A stretch of DNA of 63,437 nt from Chlamydiota bacterium (GTDB taxonomy: Bacteria; Chlamydiota; Chlamydiia; Chlamydiales; FEN-1388), in the NCBI GenBank assembly GCA_013287775.1, contig JABDDE010000005.1, positions 1-63,437 on the forward strand, given 5' to 3'. A model generated the notes under the pieces. The model did no database searches and had not been told where the DNA came from. It saw only the letters and a program-made list of their open reading frames with translations. Positions 17,499-28,362 of the stretch are shown here, piece by piece. The position numbers were made by a program, and so were the translations under genes. The first letter of the stretch is position 1; every line of letters begins with the position of its first letter.

Positions 17499-20063
17499 AT
17501 GGATACACAAATAGACACACAATCTGCAACCTCCTCGCAAGATCTCGTGCCATCGACGCCGATGATGCTGCAGTGGAAGCAATGTAAGGATCAGGCAGGC
17601 TCTGCGCTTCTGCTATTTCGGCTGGGCGACTTTTATGAGGCCTTCTATGAAGATGCTCAAGTCATAGCTAAAGAGCTTGGCCTCACACTCACACATAGAC
17701 AGGGAATACCTATGTGCGGTGTGCCCTGGCATACAACCGAGGGCTATGTCGATAGCCTTGTGGAAGCAGGATTTCGCGTAGCCATCGCTGAACAAGTTGA
17801 GGGCGATAAAAATGGGCCTGGGAAAGGCCTTATGAGCCGCATGATATCGCGTATTGTCTCTCCAGGAACCGGTGGCCTTACAGCCCCCACAAGCACCGAA
17901 GGACGCGGCACTCATACTTTTTTCGCTGCCATTACCCGGGAAAAAGAACACTATGGTCTTGTCTATGGTCTTGCCCTTCTCGACATTCAAACAGCACAGT
18001 TTCTCCTCTTTGAATCGAGCAACAAAGCTGCCTTTATCAATACCATTTTACGCTATGCTCCCAAAGAGCTTTTCATCCCTCACCACTTTATAACGCTCGA
18101 GCCTGAGCTCATGCATGAACTCGACTATGCCCTACGCCCACGTATAGAAGAAGATCGCAGCTTTCGCTTCGATCGCGAGCGTACAGGAGGGCTTACGACA
18201 CTCCACAGCCACTTTCAGGTGCACACCCTTGATGGCTTTGGCCTTAAAGAGATGCATGCAGCCATCTGTAGCGCAGGAGCGCTCCTCTCCTATGTCCAGG
18301 GAGAGCTGCATATAAACACCTCACATATTCGCAAATGCTCTCCCATCCATGCTGAGAACCACATGCTCCTCGATCGGGCAACCCTTTCTCATCTCGAAAT
18401 CGTAGAACCCCTCTCTCAAAGCAAAAAAGGAGCGCGCACGCCAAAGCGCACACTTTTGGATATCATTGATGCAACAAATACCCCTATGGGCGCAAGACTC
18501 CTTAGACAGTGGCTCTTAAGCCCGCTTTTACATGTACAAGAAATCAACGCTCGTCAAGATGCCATCGCAGAGTGCCTCAAACTTGCTCTGAGCGTTGATG
18601 ACAGCCTCGCTCGCATCGACGATATCGAGCGCATAGCCTATCGCATTCAAGCAGGCCTTGCCGGCCCTCGAGACTATGTCGCATTGAAAGCCTCGCTGCG
18701 AGAGTGTGCAAACATAAAAAAATATCTTGATAATTGTACATCTCCACTTCTTACAACGCTGCGGGCAAAATTCGAAGTGAGCGTGCCTCACGTGGAAGAA
18801 GTTCATACACTTATTGAACGTGCTTTAGTAGATAATCCCCCTCTTCGCGTATCTGACGGCTCGCTTTTCAAACGCGGCTATAATGCAGAGCTCGATGAGC
18901 TCTACAACTTGCGCTCCAACGGCCATGAATGGCTCCATAATTTTCAAAACAAGCTTCGTGAAGAGCTCGGCATCAAAACCATAAAGGTGGGCTTTACCAA
19001 AATGTTCGGCTACTACATTGAAGTCAGCCGAGGCGCTAGCCAAAAAATGCCCGATACCTTTGTGCGAAGACAAACGCTTGTGAATGCTGAGCGCTATATT
19101 TGTCCTGAGCTTAAAGACTATGAAGAAAAAATACTCCAAAGCGATGCACGCACTGCAGAGCTCGAACAACAATGCTTCCAGGCCATCCAGGCATATGTGA
19201 CAGAGAAGATAGCGCCACTTTTAGAAGCAGCTCACATAATAGCCACACTCGATGTCATTCGCAGCTTGGCAATTACTGCTGAGAAGCACCATTTTAAGCG
19301 ACCCATCGTGGACAGCTCTAAGGGGATAGAAATTGTAGGAGGACGCCACCCAGTCATAGAAGCACATCTTACCACTCCTTTTACTCCTAATGACATTCAT
19401 CTTGGATGTGATGAAAAGACGCTCATGTTGCTTACAGGGCCTAATATGGCGGGCAAATCGACCTATATACGCCAAGTTGCTCTCCTCGTGATCCTTGCAC
19501 AAATTGGCTCTTTTATTCCTGCAGCCAAAGCGAAAATAGGCATTGTCGATAAAGTGTTTTCAAGAATTGGAGCAAGCGATGATATCGCCCGCGGTCAGTC
19601 TACATTCATGGTGGAGATGGCAGAGACAGCTTCTATTCTCAACCTTGCAAGCAATCGCTCGCTTGTGATTCTTGATGAGATTGGGCGCGGCACCAGCACC
19701 TACGATGGCATCTCCATCGCCTGGGCTGTCGCCGAATTCTTGATCATGAAGGGCGTAAAAACACTTTTTGCCACCCACTACTATGAGCTGACTGAGCTTG
19801 AAAATCACTTCCCTTGTGTCTGCAACTATCATGTAGCTGTCTCAGAACATCAAGATGGCATTACCTTCTTACATACTATTGTCAAAGGCAAAACCGATCG
19901 TAGTTATGGCATTCATGTCGCTCGCATTGCAGGACTGCCGCCATCTGTTGTTGCACGGGCAACTGTGATCTTGGCGGAGCTCGAAAAACAGAAAAGGGCG
20001 AGTCGAGCAAAGCCTGTACTCGAAAAAGGGACGCTACCGGCGCTGCCGGACTTGTTTCATTAG
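17499..20063 (+). CDS. mutS: DNA mismatch repair protein MutS
   Basis: TPMMLQW, GDFYEAF, TGPNMAGKST, STFMVEM, DEIGRGTST. Confidence 0.97.
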   Translation: MDTQIDTQSATSSQDLVPSTPMMLQWKQCKDQAGSALLLFRLGDFYEAFYEDAQVIAKELGLTLTHRQGIPMCGVPWHTTEGYVDSLVEAGFRVAIAEQVEGDKNGPGKGLMSRMISRIVSPGTGGLTAPTSTEGRGTHTFFAAITREKEHYGLVYGLALLDIQTAQFLLFESSNKAAFINTILRYAPKELFIPHHFITLEPELMHELDYALRPRIEEDRSFRFDRERTGGLTTLHSHFQVHTLDGFGLKEMHAAICSAGALLSYVQGELHINTSHIRKCSPIHAENHMLLDRATLSHLEIVEPLSQSKKGARTPKRTLLDIIDATNTPMGARLLRQWLLSPLLHVQEINARQDAIAECLKLALSVDDSLARIDDIERIAYRIQAGLAGPRDYVALKASLRECANIKKYLDNCTSPLLTTLRAKFEVSVPHVEEVHTLIERALVDNPPLRVSDGSLFKRGYNAELDELYNLRSNGHEWLHNFQNKLREELGIKTIKVGFTKMFGYYIEVSRGASQKMPDTFVRRQTLVNAERYICPELKDYEEKILQSDARTAELEQQCFQAIQAYVTEKIAPLLEAAHIIATLDVIRSLAITAEKHHFKRPIVDSSKGIEIVGGRHPVIEAHLTTPFTPNDIHLGCDEKTLMLLTGPNMAGKSTYIRQVALLVILAQIGSFIPAAKAKIGIVDKVFSRIGASDDIARGQSTFMVEMAETASILNLASNRSLVILDEIGRGTSTYDGISIAWAVAEFLIMKGVKTLFATHYYELTELENHFPCVCNYHVAVSEHQDGITFLHTIVKGKTDRSYGIHVARIAGLPPSVVARATVILAELEKQKRASRAKPVLEKGTLPALPDLFH

Positions 20064-20068
20064 TACAC

Positions 20069-20411
20069 ACGTCATGTACAATTTTTCTACGAAAAATTGC
20101 ACATGACGTTAGGTATAGTCTGTACCTTTTTCCTAACCCAGGGCGTTGCCCTGGGCTGTTGCAATTGTCGCCCTTCAGGCGACCTTGTGGGGGTAATCGC
20201 CTAACCCAGGGCGTTGCCCTGGGCTGTTGCAATTGTCGCCCTTCAGGCGACCTTGTGGGAGTAATCGCCCAACCCAGGGCAACGCCCTGGGTAAAGGACG
20301 TGCCCCTTTTCCGTTGCCTGAAGGGCAACAACAGCATGAACGGCAGCGCAAGGTACAAACTATAGACGTCATGTACAATTTTTCTACGAAAAATTGCACA
20401 TGACGTTAGGT
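20069..20411. repeat. REP-B cluster bracketed by 46-bp direct repeats of a hairpin
   Basis: ACGTCATGTACAATTTTTCTACGAAAAATTGCACATGACGTTAGGT at 20069 and 20366; three CCCAGGGC..GCCCTGGG units between. Confidence 0.9.
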
Positions 20412-21426
20412 TATTCCTCATCGCAGGAGAGTGCCTGCACAAAACACACCGCCTTTCGCACCTTGTCGGGAAAACGGCTCTCAACATCAAGATCCTTAGA
20501 GTGATGATGTCTCCTACAATAGAGGCAATGTTTTTGAAGATAGCGTAGATATTCCCGTACCTCTTTCTTTTTGGACCCAATGAGAATCACATACTGTGGG
20601 GTTTGAGGACTTCTGTGACGCGATATTTTTTCAAGTGATCCATTCTCTTCTTTATTCCCCTTATGACAGATTCTTTTTGTCTTCCTAAAGATTGACCGCC
20701 AATGAGGAGACGGCAACTCTACTTCTTCAAAAAGGGTATTAAAAAAGGCATTTGTAAAATACGATCCACCCTTTTCCCATCTCTCTGTGCCCCTCTCAAA
20801 TATAACTCGATCGCCATCCCCCCCAGAATATTCCTTGGGCTTTGCAGCAGAAGCCACAAGTACCCCACATCGTTTCAAGAAAAGCTTTCGGAAATTAGCA
20901 GCAATACGAGGATCATTCTTGCGCTTAAGCTCAAATGTTTTAATTGATTCCACGGCTTGAGAATCCTTGGAACTTAAGTTATTACAGCAATCAAATAAGA
21001 CAAGCGTAAGGGCTGCCCTTTTTGCAAATAATTTCTCAATAGTTGCCGCAGCGTCTATTTTGCCATCGCTAAATCGCATACGTGGCCATATCATAGGCGT
21101 TTTTTTTGCACTGCGATCACCATGTCCAGTGAAATAAAAATAAGTATATCATCGGGTGCGACATGGGCTTCTTTTATCCATGCTTCAAGATGTGCACTCG
21201 TAAGCGTTTGATCCGTGCTTGTGATTTTTTTACTGTAAAACGCAACATTACATAACTCTGCAATATAAGAAAAACTCTCTTCTACAGTCGCGCAATCGCG
21301 CACAGGACTCCCCTTTAAATTTTCAGCAGCTGTATCTGCAGCAAGAAAGAGATGCATTGCTTTCGCAGATAAAGTCAGAGGAATAAAAAACTGCAAAATC
21401 AAAAATAAAAATCCAAAAATTCTCAT
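20411..21426 (-). pseudogene. Caspase-like (C14) peptidase split by a 1-nt frameshift
   Basis: Adding one T in the run at 21136-21140 gives DDILIFYFTGHG in frame with downstream LFDCCN; signal peptide. Confidence 0.7.
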
Positions 21427-21450
21427 ATATGTGTTCCTTTTTTGTTATGT

Positions 21451-22299
21451 TCACACTGCTCTCACCGCACGTTTCAGCATAAAATATTGCTTAACACTCC
21501 TTTCCACGGCTTTTTTCACCGGCACTAGCCAGCGCCCGTGATATGCATTGACGTGTTTTTGTTCATACTCTCGAATCCCTGTTTTTGTTACGATATATCG
21601 CAATACAAACTCGGTGTTAACACCTGTCTTCTTCCAGTATGGTGTGAACGTAGCTGTAGCTACGATCATAGAAGTTTTTCTCTCAGCGTCCTCTTCTTTC
21701 TTAATGGCAATCTTAACAACCCGTGACTGATAAGGATAAAATGCACCTGTCTGAGACCCTAACACATATGTCGCATACATCACGCTATCATTATATGACC
21801 GTATTCGAAAAGGCCAACGTGCTCGTCCCAAATGAGGCAGACCTGAGAATCCTCCCGACTTTGTTGCAATGTTATCACATTGGCATGCAACTCTCATGAT
21901 CCTATTAAGTGGCACATACCACATGGAAGAGGTATGGATATGTTTCTTCTGCGTTGTGAGTTTATGAGATCTCCGTTCTTGGAACTCAATACGAGCAGGC
22001 TTATTATCAATTGTAAAGAATAACTTCCCTTTTAAACCTTGCGCAAACAAATTCCGGTATCCAATTTCGTGTGTTTTAAGGATTAACGTGCCACGCCCTA
22101 ACCACAAATGAACATCAAGCGGCGCTACATCAGTATGTGATATGGGATGAATTTTATATTTCGAGATATAGTAATATCCCACTGAACGTACAGCAATTTT
22201 ATGCGTACGGTCTTTTCCATATAGAGAAGATATACTACAGACAAGTCCTAGTAATAGACTTGCTGTTAACAACACGGTTTTTATGGTAAAATTTTTCAT
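21451..22299 (-). CDS. Hypothetical exported basic protein
   Basis: AAGGAG RBS and signal peptide. Confidence 0.65.
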   Translation of the reverse strand: MKNFTIKTVLLTASLLLGLVCSISSLYGKDRTHKIAVRSVGYYYISKYKIHPISHTDVAPLDVHLWLGRGTLILKTHEIGYRNLFAQGLKGKLFFTIDNKPARIEFQERRSHKLTTQKKHIHTSSMWYVPLNRIMRVACQCDNIATKSGGFSGLPHLGRARWPFRIRSYNDSVMYATYVLGSQTGAFYPYQSRVVKIAIKKEEDAERKTSMIVATATFTPYWKKTGVNTEFVLRYIVTKTGIREYEQKHVNAYHGRWLVPVKKAVERSVKQYFMLKRAVRAV

Positions 22300-22357
22300 G
22301 TTATCGACTCCTTTTGTATGTTTTGTCAAGATCTGCATTGATTATGCCAAACACAAA

Positions 22358-22980
22358 TGGGTTTCGCTGCTACCGCAGCTCTATTGTATTTCATGCACCT
22401 GTAACCCCACGTTGCGCCGGCCGTAGCGCAGGCGCTACGGCCGTGCTCCACGCGGGGCTAATGAGCTTCCACCGCTGCCGCGGTGGGGTCCATATCAACT
22501 AGAAGCATGATATGTTATGCGTTTTCCTTAAGTTGACACCATTGGGCGTGCCCCGGGCTGTTACACTTTTTGGCCTTCAGCCAACTTGCGGAACCTTTTC
22601 TCGTTATTTAAAATTCGATTCAATCACATGAGTGTGGCTACCTTAAAAACACTCAATCCGACCGGTGTTTGCGCCCACAGATTTTTCTTCAACGGTAGCA
22701 TATCATTCTGTGATTTGTCAACAAGAGAAAAATGTAAAGCGCACACAAGAGATATTTAAAACTGTCGCTGCTACCCCACGTTCCATTCGGGCTCGCTCTC
22801 GCTCGTCCTCATTGCACGCGGGGCTAAAACATAAATTTCGTCACTGCCGCGGCGGGACGTATTGTCCATCCTCGCTAAAATTCCTCACGTCTTTAAGAAA
22901 AAATGCATCTAGCACCCCTAACGCCTCTGACAAGCTCTCTCTGTAAGCTATCTCCTGTAGCTCTCCCTGTTAAAAAAAGC
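22358..22980. repeat. REP-A/REP-B cluster with IS4-like end and a solo copy of the 16.7/17.25-kb repeat
   Basis: CCCCACGTT..CACGCGGGGCTA x2; CTTAAGTTGACACCATTG; ACGCCTCTGACAAGCTCTCTCTGTAAGC. Confidence 0.8.
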
Positions 22981-23006
22981 CCCCACAACCTCCAACTGCC
23001 CACACC

Positions 23007-24383
23007 CTAAGCTCCCGCTCTCTCTTGTACCTCAGCTCCTTTGACTACGGCGTGCTCCATAAAAAATGCAAGCGCCTCCTGAGCCCCAACCCTCCCTTCA
23101 GTCCAAATTGCAATCTGCTGCGCAGCTTGCCTACACCACATTTCAAAGCCAGAAATAGCAACAGCTCCGCGCGCCTTTGCCCATGATAAAAGGGGTGTCT
23201 CATGCGCTAAAACAACATCCACCACTCGAGTACCAGGATGTATGCATTCAGCCGTTATGGGAAGCTCTGTTATCGGCGTTGCTTGCACCAATATATCGTA
23301 GCCAGCAAGGCACGCCGCTTGCAAATCCTCAAGAGGCTGAACCCCCTCTTTTGCTGTTCGATTGAAAAACTGTACCTGGCACCCTCGCTTCTTCGCTGCA
23401 GCTCCAATGGCCTTCCCAGTGACTCCAGCGCCAATAATAAGGCAGCGTGCGCCTTTAAGTGGTCCATGTGCTTGCAGCGCATCCATAACAGCAAGGCCAT
23501 CAGTATTCAAAAACTTCGTTCTTCCTTTAAAAAAAACAGTATTTGCATTCCGCAGCTGTTGTTTTAAGGGGGCTGTAATACTCAATCCTCTCGCAAGGAA
23601 GAATAAATGAGCCATCACTGTCTTACATTCATCAGGAGTAACTGTCAACTTCACATACACAAAATCAAGGCCAAAAAACCGAAATAACGCATTGTGCAAA
23701 ATATGTGAGGGGCTTTTGTCAACGGGGTCGCCAAGTAAAGCAAAAAGCTTTGTCTGCGCACTCAGCTTATGAAAATGGTATACCTCTTGCATCTCTTTGT
23801 AAGAGAGCTGCCCCTCGGCCGTCGGCTTTCCCTCGAGGCATGCATAGGACATTGCCTCTTTGCCGCCAAAAAGTGGTTGTAGGATACGGGTACAGCGCCC
23901 CATTTCTCCCATGCAAAATGCAGTCACAGGTATATGAGGAGCCAAGAAATGCAAAAAGCAGAGCATGCGGAGTGCATCAAGTGTTGACGTTGCATAGGTT
24001 ACTATTTTTACTCTGTCGCAGTCGCATAGAAACATATCAATATAAATTCCGGACAAGTCCTCAGGAGTGCACTCATAATTATGATATGATGCAATAATCT
24101 TTACATCAGGGTATTGCCTTTTCAAGCGTGTAAAAAGAGCCGAAGGCATTGTACAAGGCACATCAAGATAGAGAGGAGCGCAGGCAGCAAGCTGTACATA
24201 CACTTCCTCATCCATGATGTGCGGTGCTGCGAGGATGAAAGGGATTCCTCTTCTTGCAATATCTTGCAGCTCATGAAATGGTATTTCTTGTAACCCATCG
24301 AGGCGTATTTCAATAAGATCCACATCAGCGGGCAATTCTCTAAGTTCCTCTACACAAGTAGGGCGTATAGAACAGACTAACAT
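23007..24383 (-). CDS. aroDE: Bifunctional 3-dehydroquinate dehydratase/shikimate dehydrogenase
   Basis: IEIRLD, SYHNY, then KSPSH, NTDG, IIGAG. Confidence 0.9.
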   Translation of the reverse strand: MLVCSIRPTCVEELRELPADVDLIEIRLDGLQEIPFHELQDIARRGIPFILAAPHIMDEEVYVQLAACAPLYLDVPCTMPSALFTRLKRQYPDVKIIASYHNYECTPEDLSGIYIDMFLCDCDRVKIVTYATSTLDALRMLCFLHFLAPHIPVTAFCMGEMGRCTRILQPLFGGKEAMSYACLEGKPTAEGQLSYKEMQEVYHFHKLSAQTKLFALLGDPVDKSPSHILHNALFRFFGLDFVYVKLTVTPDECKTVMAHLFFLARGLSITAPLKQQLRNANTVFFKGRTKFLNTDGLAVMDALQAHGPLKGARCLIIGAGVTGKAIGAAAKKRGCQVQFFNRTAKEGVQPLEDLQAACLAGYDILVQATPITELPITAECIHPGTRVVDVVLAHETPLLSWAKARGAVAISGFEMWCRQAAQQIAIWTEGRVGAQEALAFFMEHAVVKGAEVQERAGA

Positions 24384-25411
24384 ATAGTGCTTATAACCTC
24401 TTGTAGTATTCTCCTATCTACTGCATGGCAATACCTGCCCTTTTTTTTCAGCGGCTTTCCCATCCTCTCAAGCAGTACAAAATAAGGAGAGTGATGCTTC
24501 ACCTTCTTGTCTCTCAATAATGCCTCCATCCACGCATTGAAGGGGTATTTTTGGGGTATCTTCAGAGGTAATCCTATACGCTTAATAAGGCTTTCGATGG
24601 TTGTATACTCAGAAAGAGGAAGATACCCGGAGAGGTGTGACAGCATACTCTCTCCAATAATGCCTATAGCCACCGCTTGCCCATGCGGGATCGTGTAGCC
24701 AGATAGCACCTCTATAGCATGGCCAAGGGTATGTCCAAAATTTAAAATATCTCGTATCTCAATATCGAGAAATACTATTTTGCGCCGTACACTATATTCT
24801 ATCTGTTCAAGTACAATGGTTGTATCTCGCATGAGTATTGCCGAGAGGGCAGCGTCAAAGCGATATACATCATCACAAAGGATCGCATGCTTAGCCATTT
24901 CTACACAACCGTTCTGCATTTCACCGTCTGGAAGCGTATTCAGAAAAGCTACATCAACACCTACAAAGCGCGGATAATATATAGTCCCAATACAGTTTTT
25001 TACCTCTCCTACATTCAACCCATTTTTCCCCCCAATTGCCGCATCTACCATAGCAAGAAGTGTCGATGGAAAATAACAGACATCGATGCCCCGATAGTAT
25101 GTTGCTGCGACAAAACCAGCAACATCCAACACAGTACCGCCCCCTACAGCTACCAAGAGTGTATCTTTATCACAGCCATAGGCAATAAGCTGATTTTCTA
25201 TATGCTCTTTACTCTGTCTTGTCTTTATCCCTTCTCCCCCATCAATAGCGATCGTATTATCCCACAGGTGACATAGCTGAGACACCTGTGGCTCCACGAC
25301 TCTATCCACCACTAACACCCTACGCGAATAGGGCTGCATAAAATCAACTACTGTTTCATTGTCAAACAAATTGACACCATACATGATTTGACTACGATTT
25401 TTTTTTTGCAT
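24377..25411 (-). CDS. aroB: 3-dehydroquinate synthase
   Basis: GGGTVLD, DAAIGGKNG, LNFGHTLGHA. Confidence 0.95.
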   Translation of the reverse strand: MQKKNRSQIMYGVNLFDNETVVDFMQPYSRRVLVVDRVVEPQVSQLCHLWDNTIAIDGGEGIKTRQSKEHIENQLIAYGCDKDTLLVAVGGGTVLDVAGFVAATYYRGIDVCYFPSTLLAMVDAAIGGKNGLNVGEVKNCIGTIYYPRFVGVDVAFLNTLPDGEMQNGCVEMAKHAILCDDVYRFDAALSAILMRDTTIVLEQIEYSVRRKIVFLDIEIRDILNFGHTLGHAIEVLSGYTIPHGQAVAIGIIGESMLSHLSGYLPLSEYTTIESLIKRIGLPLKIPQKYPFNAWMEALLRDKKVKHHSPYFVLLERMGKPLKKKGRYCHAVDRRILQEVISTIC

Positions 25412-25434
25412 TATAAAACCTTTTTTGCTAAAAT

Positions 25435-26175
25435 TTGTTTATGCGTTATTTACTGTTTCTTTGTTGTCTTGTTGCCTTGCCTCTACATGTACTTACTCTG
25501 CATGCACTCACTCTGCGCGAGGAGTTTTACAAAGCAGAAAGTGGTGATTTCATTGTGTTTGCCCATCAAAAACAGCTGACCTTTTTTCATATTATGGAGA
25601 AGACAGAAAATGAGTGTACCATTGAAGAGATCACGGTGCAAGAAAAAGATATTGATAAAAATAATAGCTGGCAAGCGTGGCTTGCATCGGATGCTCCAGG
25701 CCATACTGCATGGCGCGTTTGTCGTGTGAGTATGACATCCGGAGAAATACTACGATCGTTCTCTTTGGTCGGCAGTAATTGGATTCAAGATTCACTGAAC
25801 CCCCAATACTCCTTTTTGCCTACGCTGTTAAAGCTTCACTTGACCCTAGTACCCATAGAAGCAAGAAAGCGCATCGGCCCCCCACCAATGCCTGGTGAGC
25901 CTGATTTTCGAAAACTATGGCAGCCAAAAGTATATTACGAAGGGAGCGAGCAAGCCGTGCAGTGCCACGTATATCGTACTGAATGGCCAAAAGATGTCAG
26001 TGATCTCAGTGGCAGAGTGCTCTACATCTATATTCCTAAGCCCTCTTCTCAGGCCCTTTCTTTCTTCCCTTATTGGATTGAAATCACCGGCAATATTGGC
26101 AAGGTGAAACTCAGAGTTGTCGATTCTGGGCGCTTACTCTATAATCCTGCTCTAACGCTTGGGATACCTGAGTAA
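25435..26175 (+). CDS. Conserved chlamydial exported hypothetical protein (CT021-like by position)
   Basis: Signal peptide; directly upstream of lepB as in Chlamydia. Confidence 0.65.
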   Translation: MFMRYLLFLCCLVALPLHVLTLHALTLREEFYKAESGDFIVFAHQKQLTFFHIMEKTENECTIEEITVQEKDIDKNNSWQAWLASDAPGHTAWRVCRVSMTSGEILRSFSLVGSNWIQDSLNPQYSFLPTLLKLHLTLVPIEARKRIGPPPMPGEPDFRKLWQPKVYYEGSEQAVQCHVYRTEWPKDVSDLSGRVLYIYIPKPSSQALSFFPYWIEITGNIGKVKLRVVDSGRLLYNPALTLGIPE

Positions 26176-26521
26176 TACGTTTCTTATGAACAAAAAAAAT
26201 GCAAGCAAAATCATGCATGCCCTGTTTGTAACAACTCTCTTTTCCACAATATAAGTCACTGATTATCAGTAACTTATAAAACAGCTTCTGAGATATGCAG
26301 TTTCTTAGATGTTCATAAATTGACCTCTACTTATCTACAATACTAACAATCCATCTACACACTTCCCACACAAACAGAGGAAAAAATCGAAAAAATGGCG
26401 AACATTTAGAGAACTTATTGTAACCTACTACCCCTCGCAAGCTCAGGGCAGTAGGTTAATTATTGCTGTTATTGCCTTTATTGCCTTTGTTCTTATTTGC
26501 AAAATTTGATACACTTGGAGA

Positions 26522-28360
26522 ATGTTTTCTCTACACAAATGTAAGCTCATATGGAGAGAGGCGATCAGCTTCTATAAAAAAACACAAAATACGCTACCAG
26601 ATGAGGCACGTACACGTCTTGAAAAGCAAATAACGGCCCTTGATCAGGCTATACTCTCTAAGGATCGACTGCACGCAAACGACTATGCTAGCGAGCTTGA
26701 CAGTTACCTAAAGACCCACGGTCACAAAGGTATGCTACGACGCTGTTTGGAATTCGTTGCCGTCCTTGCATGTGCTATCTGTATTGCAGGCATCGTGCGC
26801 TATACCTGGTTTGAGCTCTATGAAATACCCACAGGATCGATGCGCCCGACATTTAAAGAGCAGGACCGTGTCATCGTCTCAAAGGATGCCTACGGTATTA
26901 ACACGCCCTTTCAAACATCGCATCTCTATTTCGAACCAGACCTGATACAGCGTGGCAATATTATTGTCTTATCAGGAGATGGTATCGACCTTCCCGATGT
27001 GGATACAAAATATTTTCTTCTTTTCCCTGGAAAAAAACGATACGTGAAACGCTGTATGGGCAAGCCGGGCGACACCCTCTATTTTTATGGTGGCCGTATC
27101 TATGGTATTGATAAACACGGGCAATCTTTTTCGACCATCCATTCCCCTATTGAACACATTCCCTTCTCTACCTTCGAAGGCAAAATTGATGAGAAAATAC
27201 TACGCAAAGACTCTGAGCAGCAGTTTACCATCAAGCAGATGAATATGCCTCTTGCTCGAGTGACCTTTACGCCTACTACTGTTTCTGCAACACTTCTCGA
27301 ACACAATCCTGCCAATAGCTATGGTGCGCTTTGGGGAATAAAAAACTATGCTGAGTGCCGGCTCATTAATCCACAAGATCTACCTGGTGAGGCCTTGGAA
27401 GCTGGCTACACGGAGACTGCCGCCCTATTATTTCTCGAACTCAAACACTCGCCTACCCTCATTACTGCGGAGGCGCTCCAGAAATGGCTTGAGAGACACA
27501 ATACGGCTTCTCCAATATGCACCCACACGACCTGGATACCACTGCATGAGCAGGAACTTGAAGCGCTGAAATCCGGCCTCTACACTTCTCGCTTTATAGT
27601 AAAGAATGGAGCCGCTTTTCGATATGGAGAAGGGGATGCACCGACGGGGCCTTCAATCTTCCTTGGAAGCGATGTGCCAGATGGCGTATACGAATTTTTC
27701 AATGGCAAAGCCTATTCGATCAATTCACTCAGCATAAGTAAAGAGCTTGCCCCCTCACATCCTATTTATCCGAAAACACCAGCAGCACTAAAGACACTTT
27801 TTAACTCAGGGATAGAGCTCAGCCCCTTCACCAATCCAGGAGCTCGAGGGGCAGCGAGTAAGCGAACCTTCTTTCCCGCGCGCTACGCTTATTTTAGAAA
27901 TGGGGTATTATTTACGATGAATACCCCCCTTTTGGCTGAAAACTCTCCTGTACTGTATCGCTTCCATGAGTTGGAAAAAGAGCGAGCTATACACTCTTCG
28001 AATTATGTTGCCTTTACAGATTCTGGCCCCCCATCAGAAGAGCAAATTAGAAACTTTGGCTTAAAAATTCCTGAGAAAAACTATCTTGCACTTGGAGACA
28101 ACTATGCCAATAGTGCCGACAGTCGCTACTTTGGTTTTGTCCCAGAAAAAAACATTCAGGGCTCCCCTGTGTGCATATTCTGGCCTTTTGGCAAACGATT
28201 CGGCGAACCCCCACAACCTTCAGTCCCCTTCTTTCGCCTCCCAAATGTGATTGTACTGAGTATTGTTGCGATAATTGCCATCATTTTAAAGTGTTATTAT
28301 AGTGACACGCGATATAGACGAATACTTTCACTGCCCCCTTCGCACGCGCGGGAGCAGTAG
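26522..28360 (+). CDS. lepB: Signal peptidase I, long chlamydial form
   Basis: PTGSMRPT, YVKRC, LGDNYANSADSRYFG. Confidence 0.93.
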   Translation: MFSLHKCKLIWREAISFYKKTQNTLPDEARTRLEKQITALDQAILSKDRLHANDYASELDSYLKTHGHKGMLRRCLEFVAVLACAICIAGIVRYTWFELYEIPTGSMRPTFKEQDRVIVSKDAYGINTPFQTSHLYFEPDLIQRGNIIVLSGDGIDLPDVDTKYFLLFPGKKRYVKRCMGKPGDTLYFYGGRIYGIDKHGQSFSTIHSPIEHIPFSTFEGKIDEKILRKDSEQQFTIKQMNMPLARVTFTPTTVSATLLEHNPANSYGALWGIKNYAECRLINPQDLPGEALEAGYTETAALLFLELKHSPTLITAEALQKWLERHNTASPICTHTTWIPLHEQELEALKSGLYTSRFIVKNGAAFRYGEGDAPTGPSIFLGSDVPDGVYEFFNGKAYSINSLSISKELAPSHPIYPKTPAALKTLFNSGIELSPFTNPGARGAASKRTFFPARYAYFRNGVLFTMNTPLLAENSPVLYRFHELEKERAIHSSNYVAFTDSGPPSEEQIRNFGLKIPEKNYLALGDNYANSADSRYFGFVPEKNIQGSPVCIFWPFGKRFGEPPQPSVPFFRLPNVIVLSIVAIIAIILKCYYSDTRYRRILSLPPSHAREQ

Positions 28361-28362
28361 AT

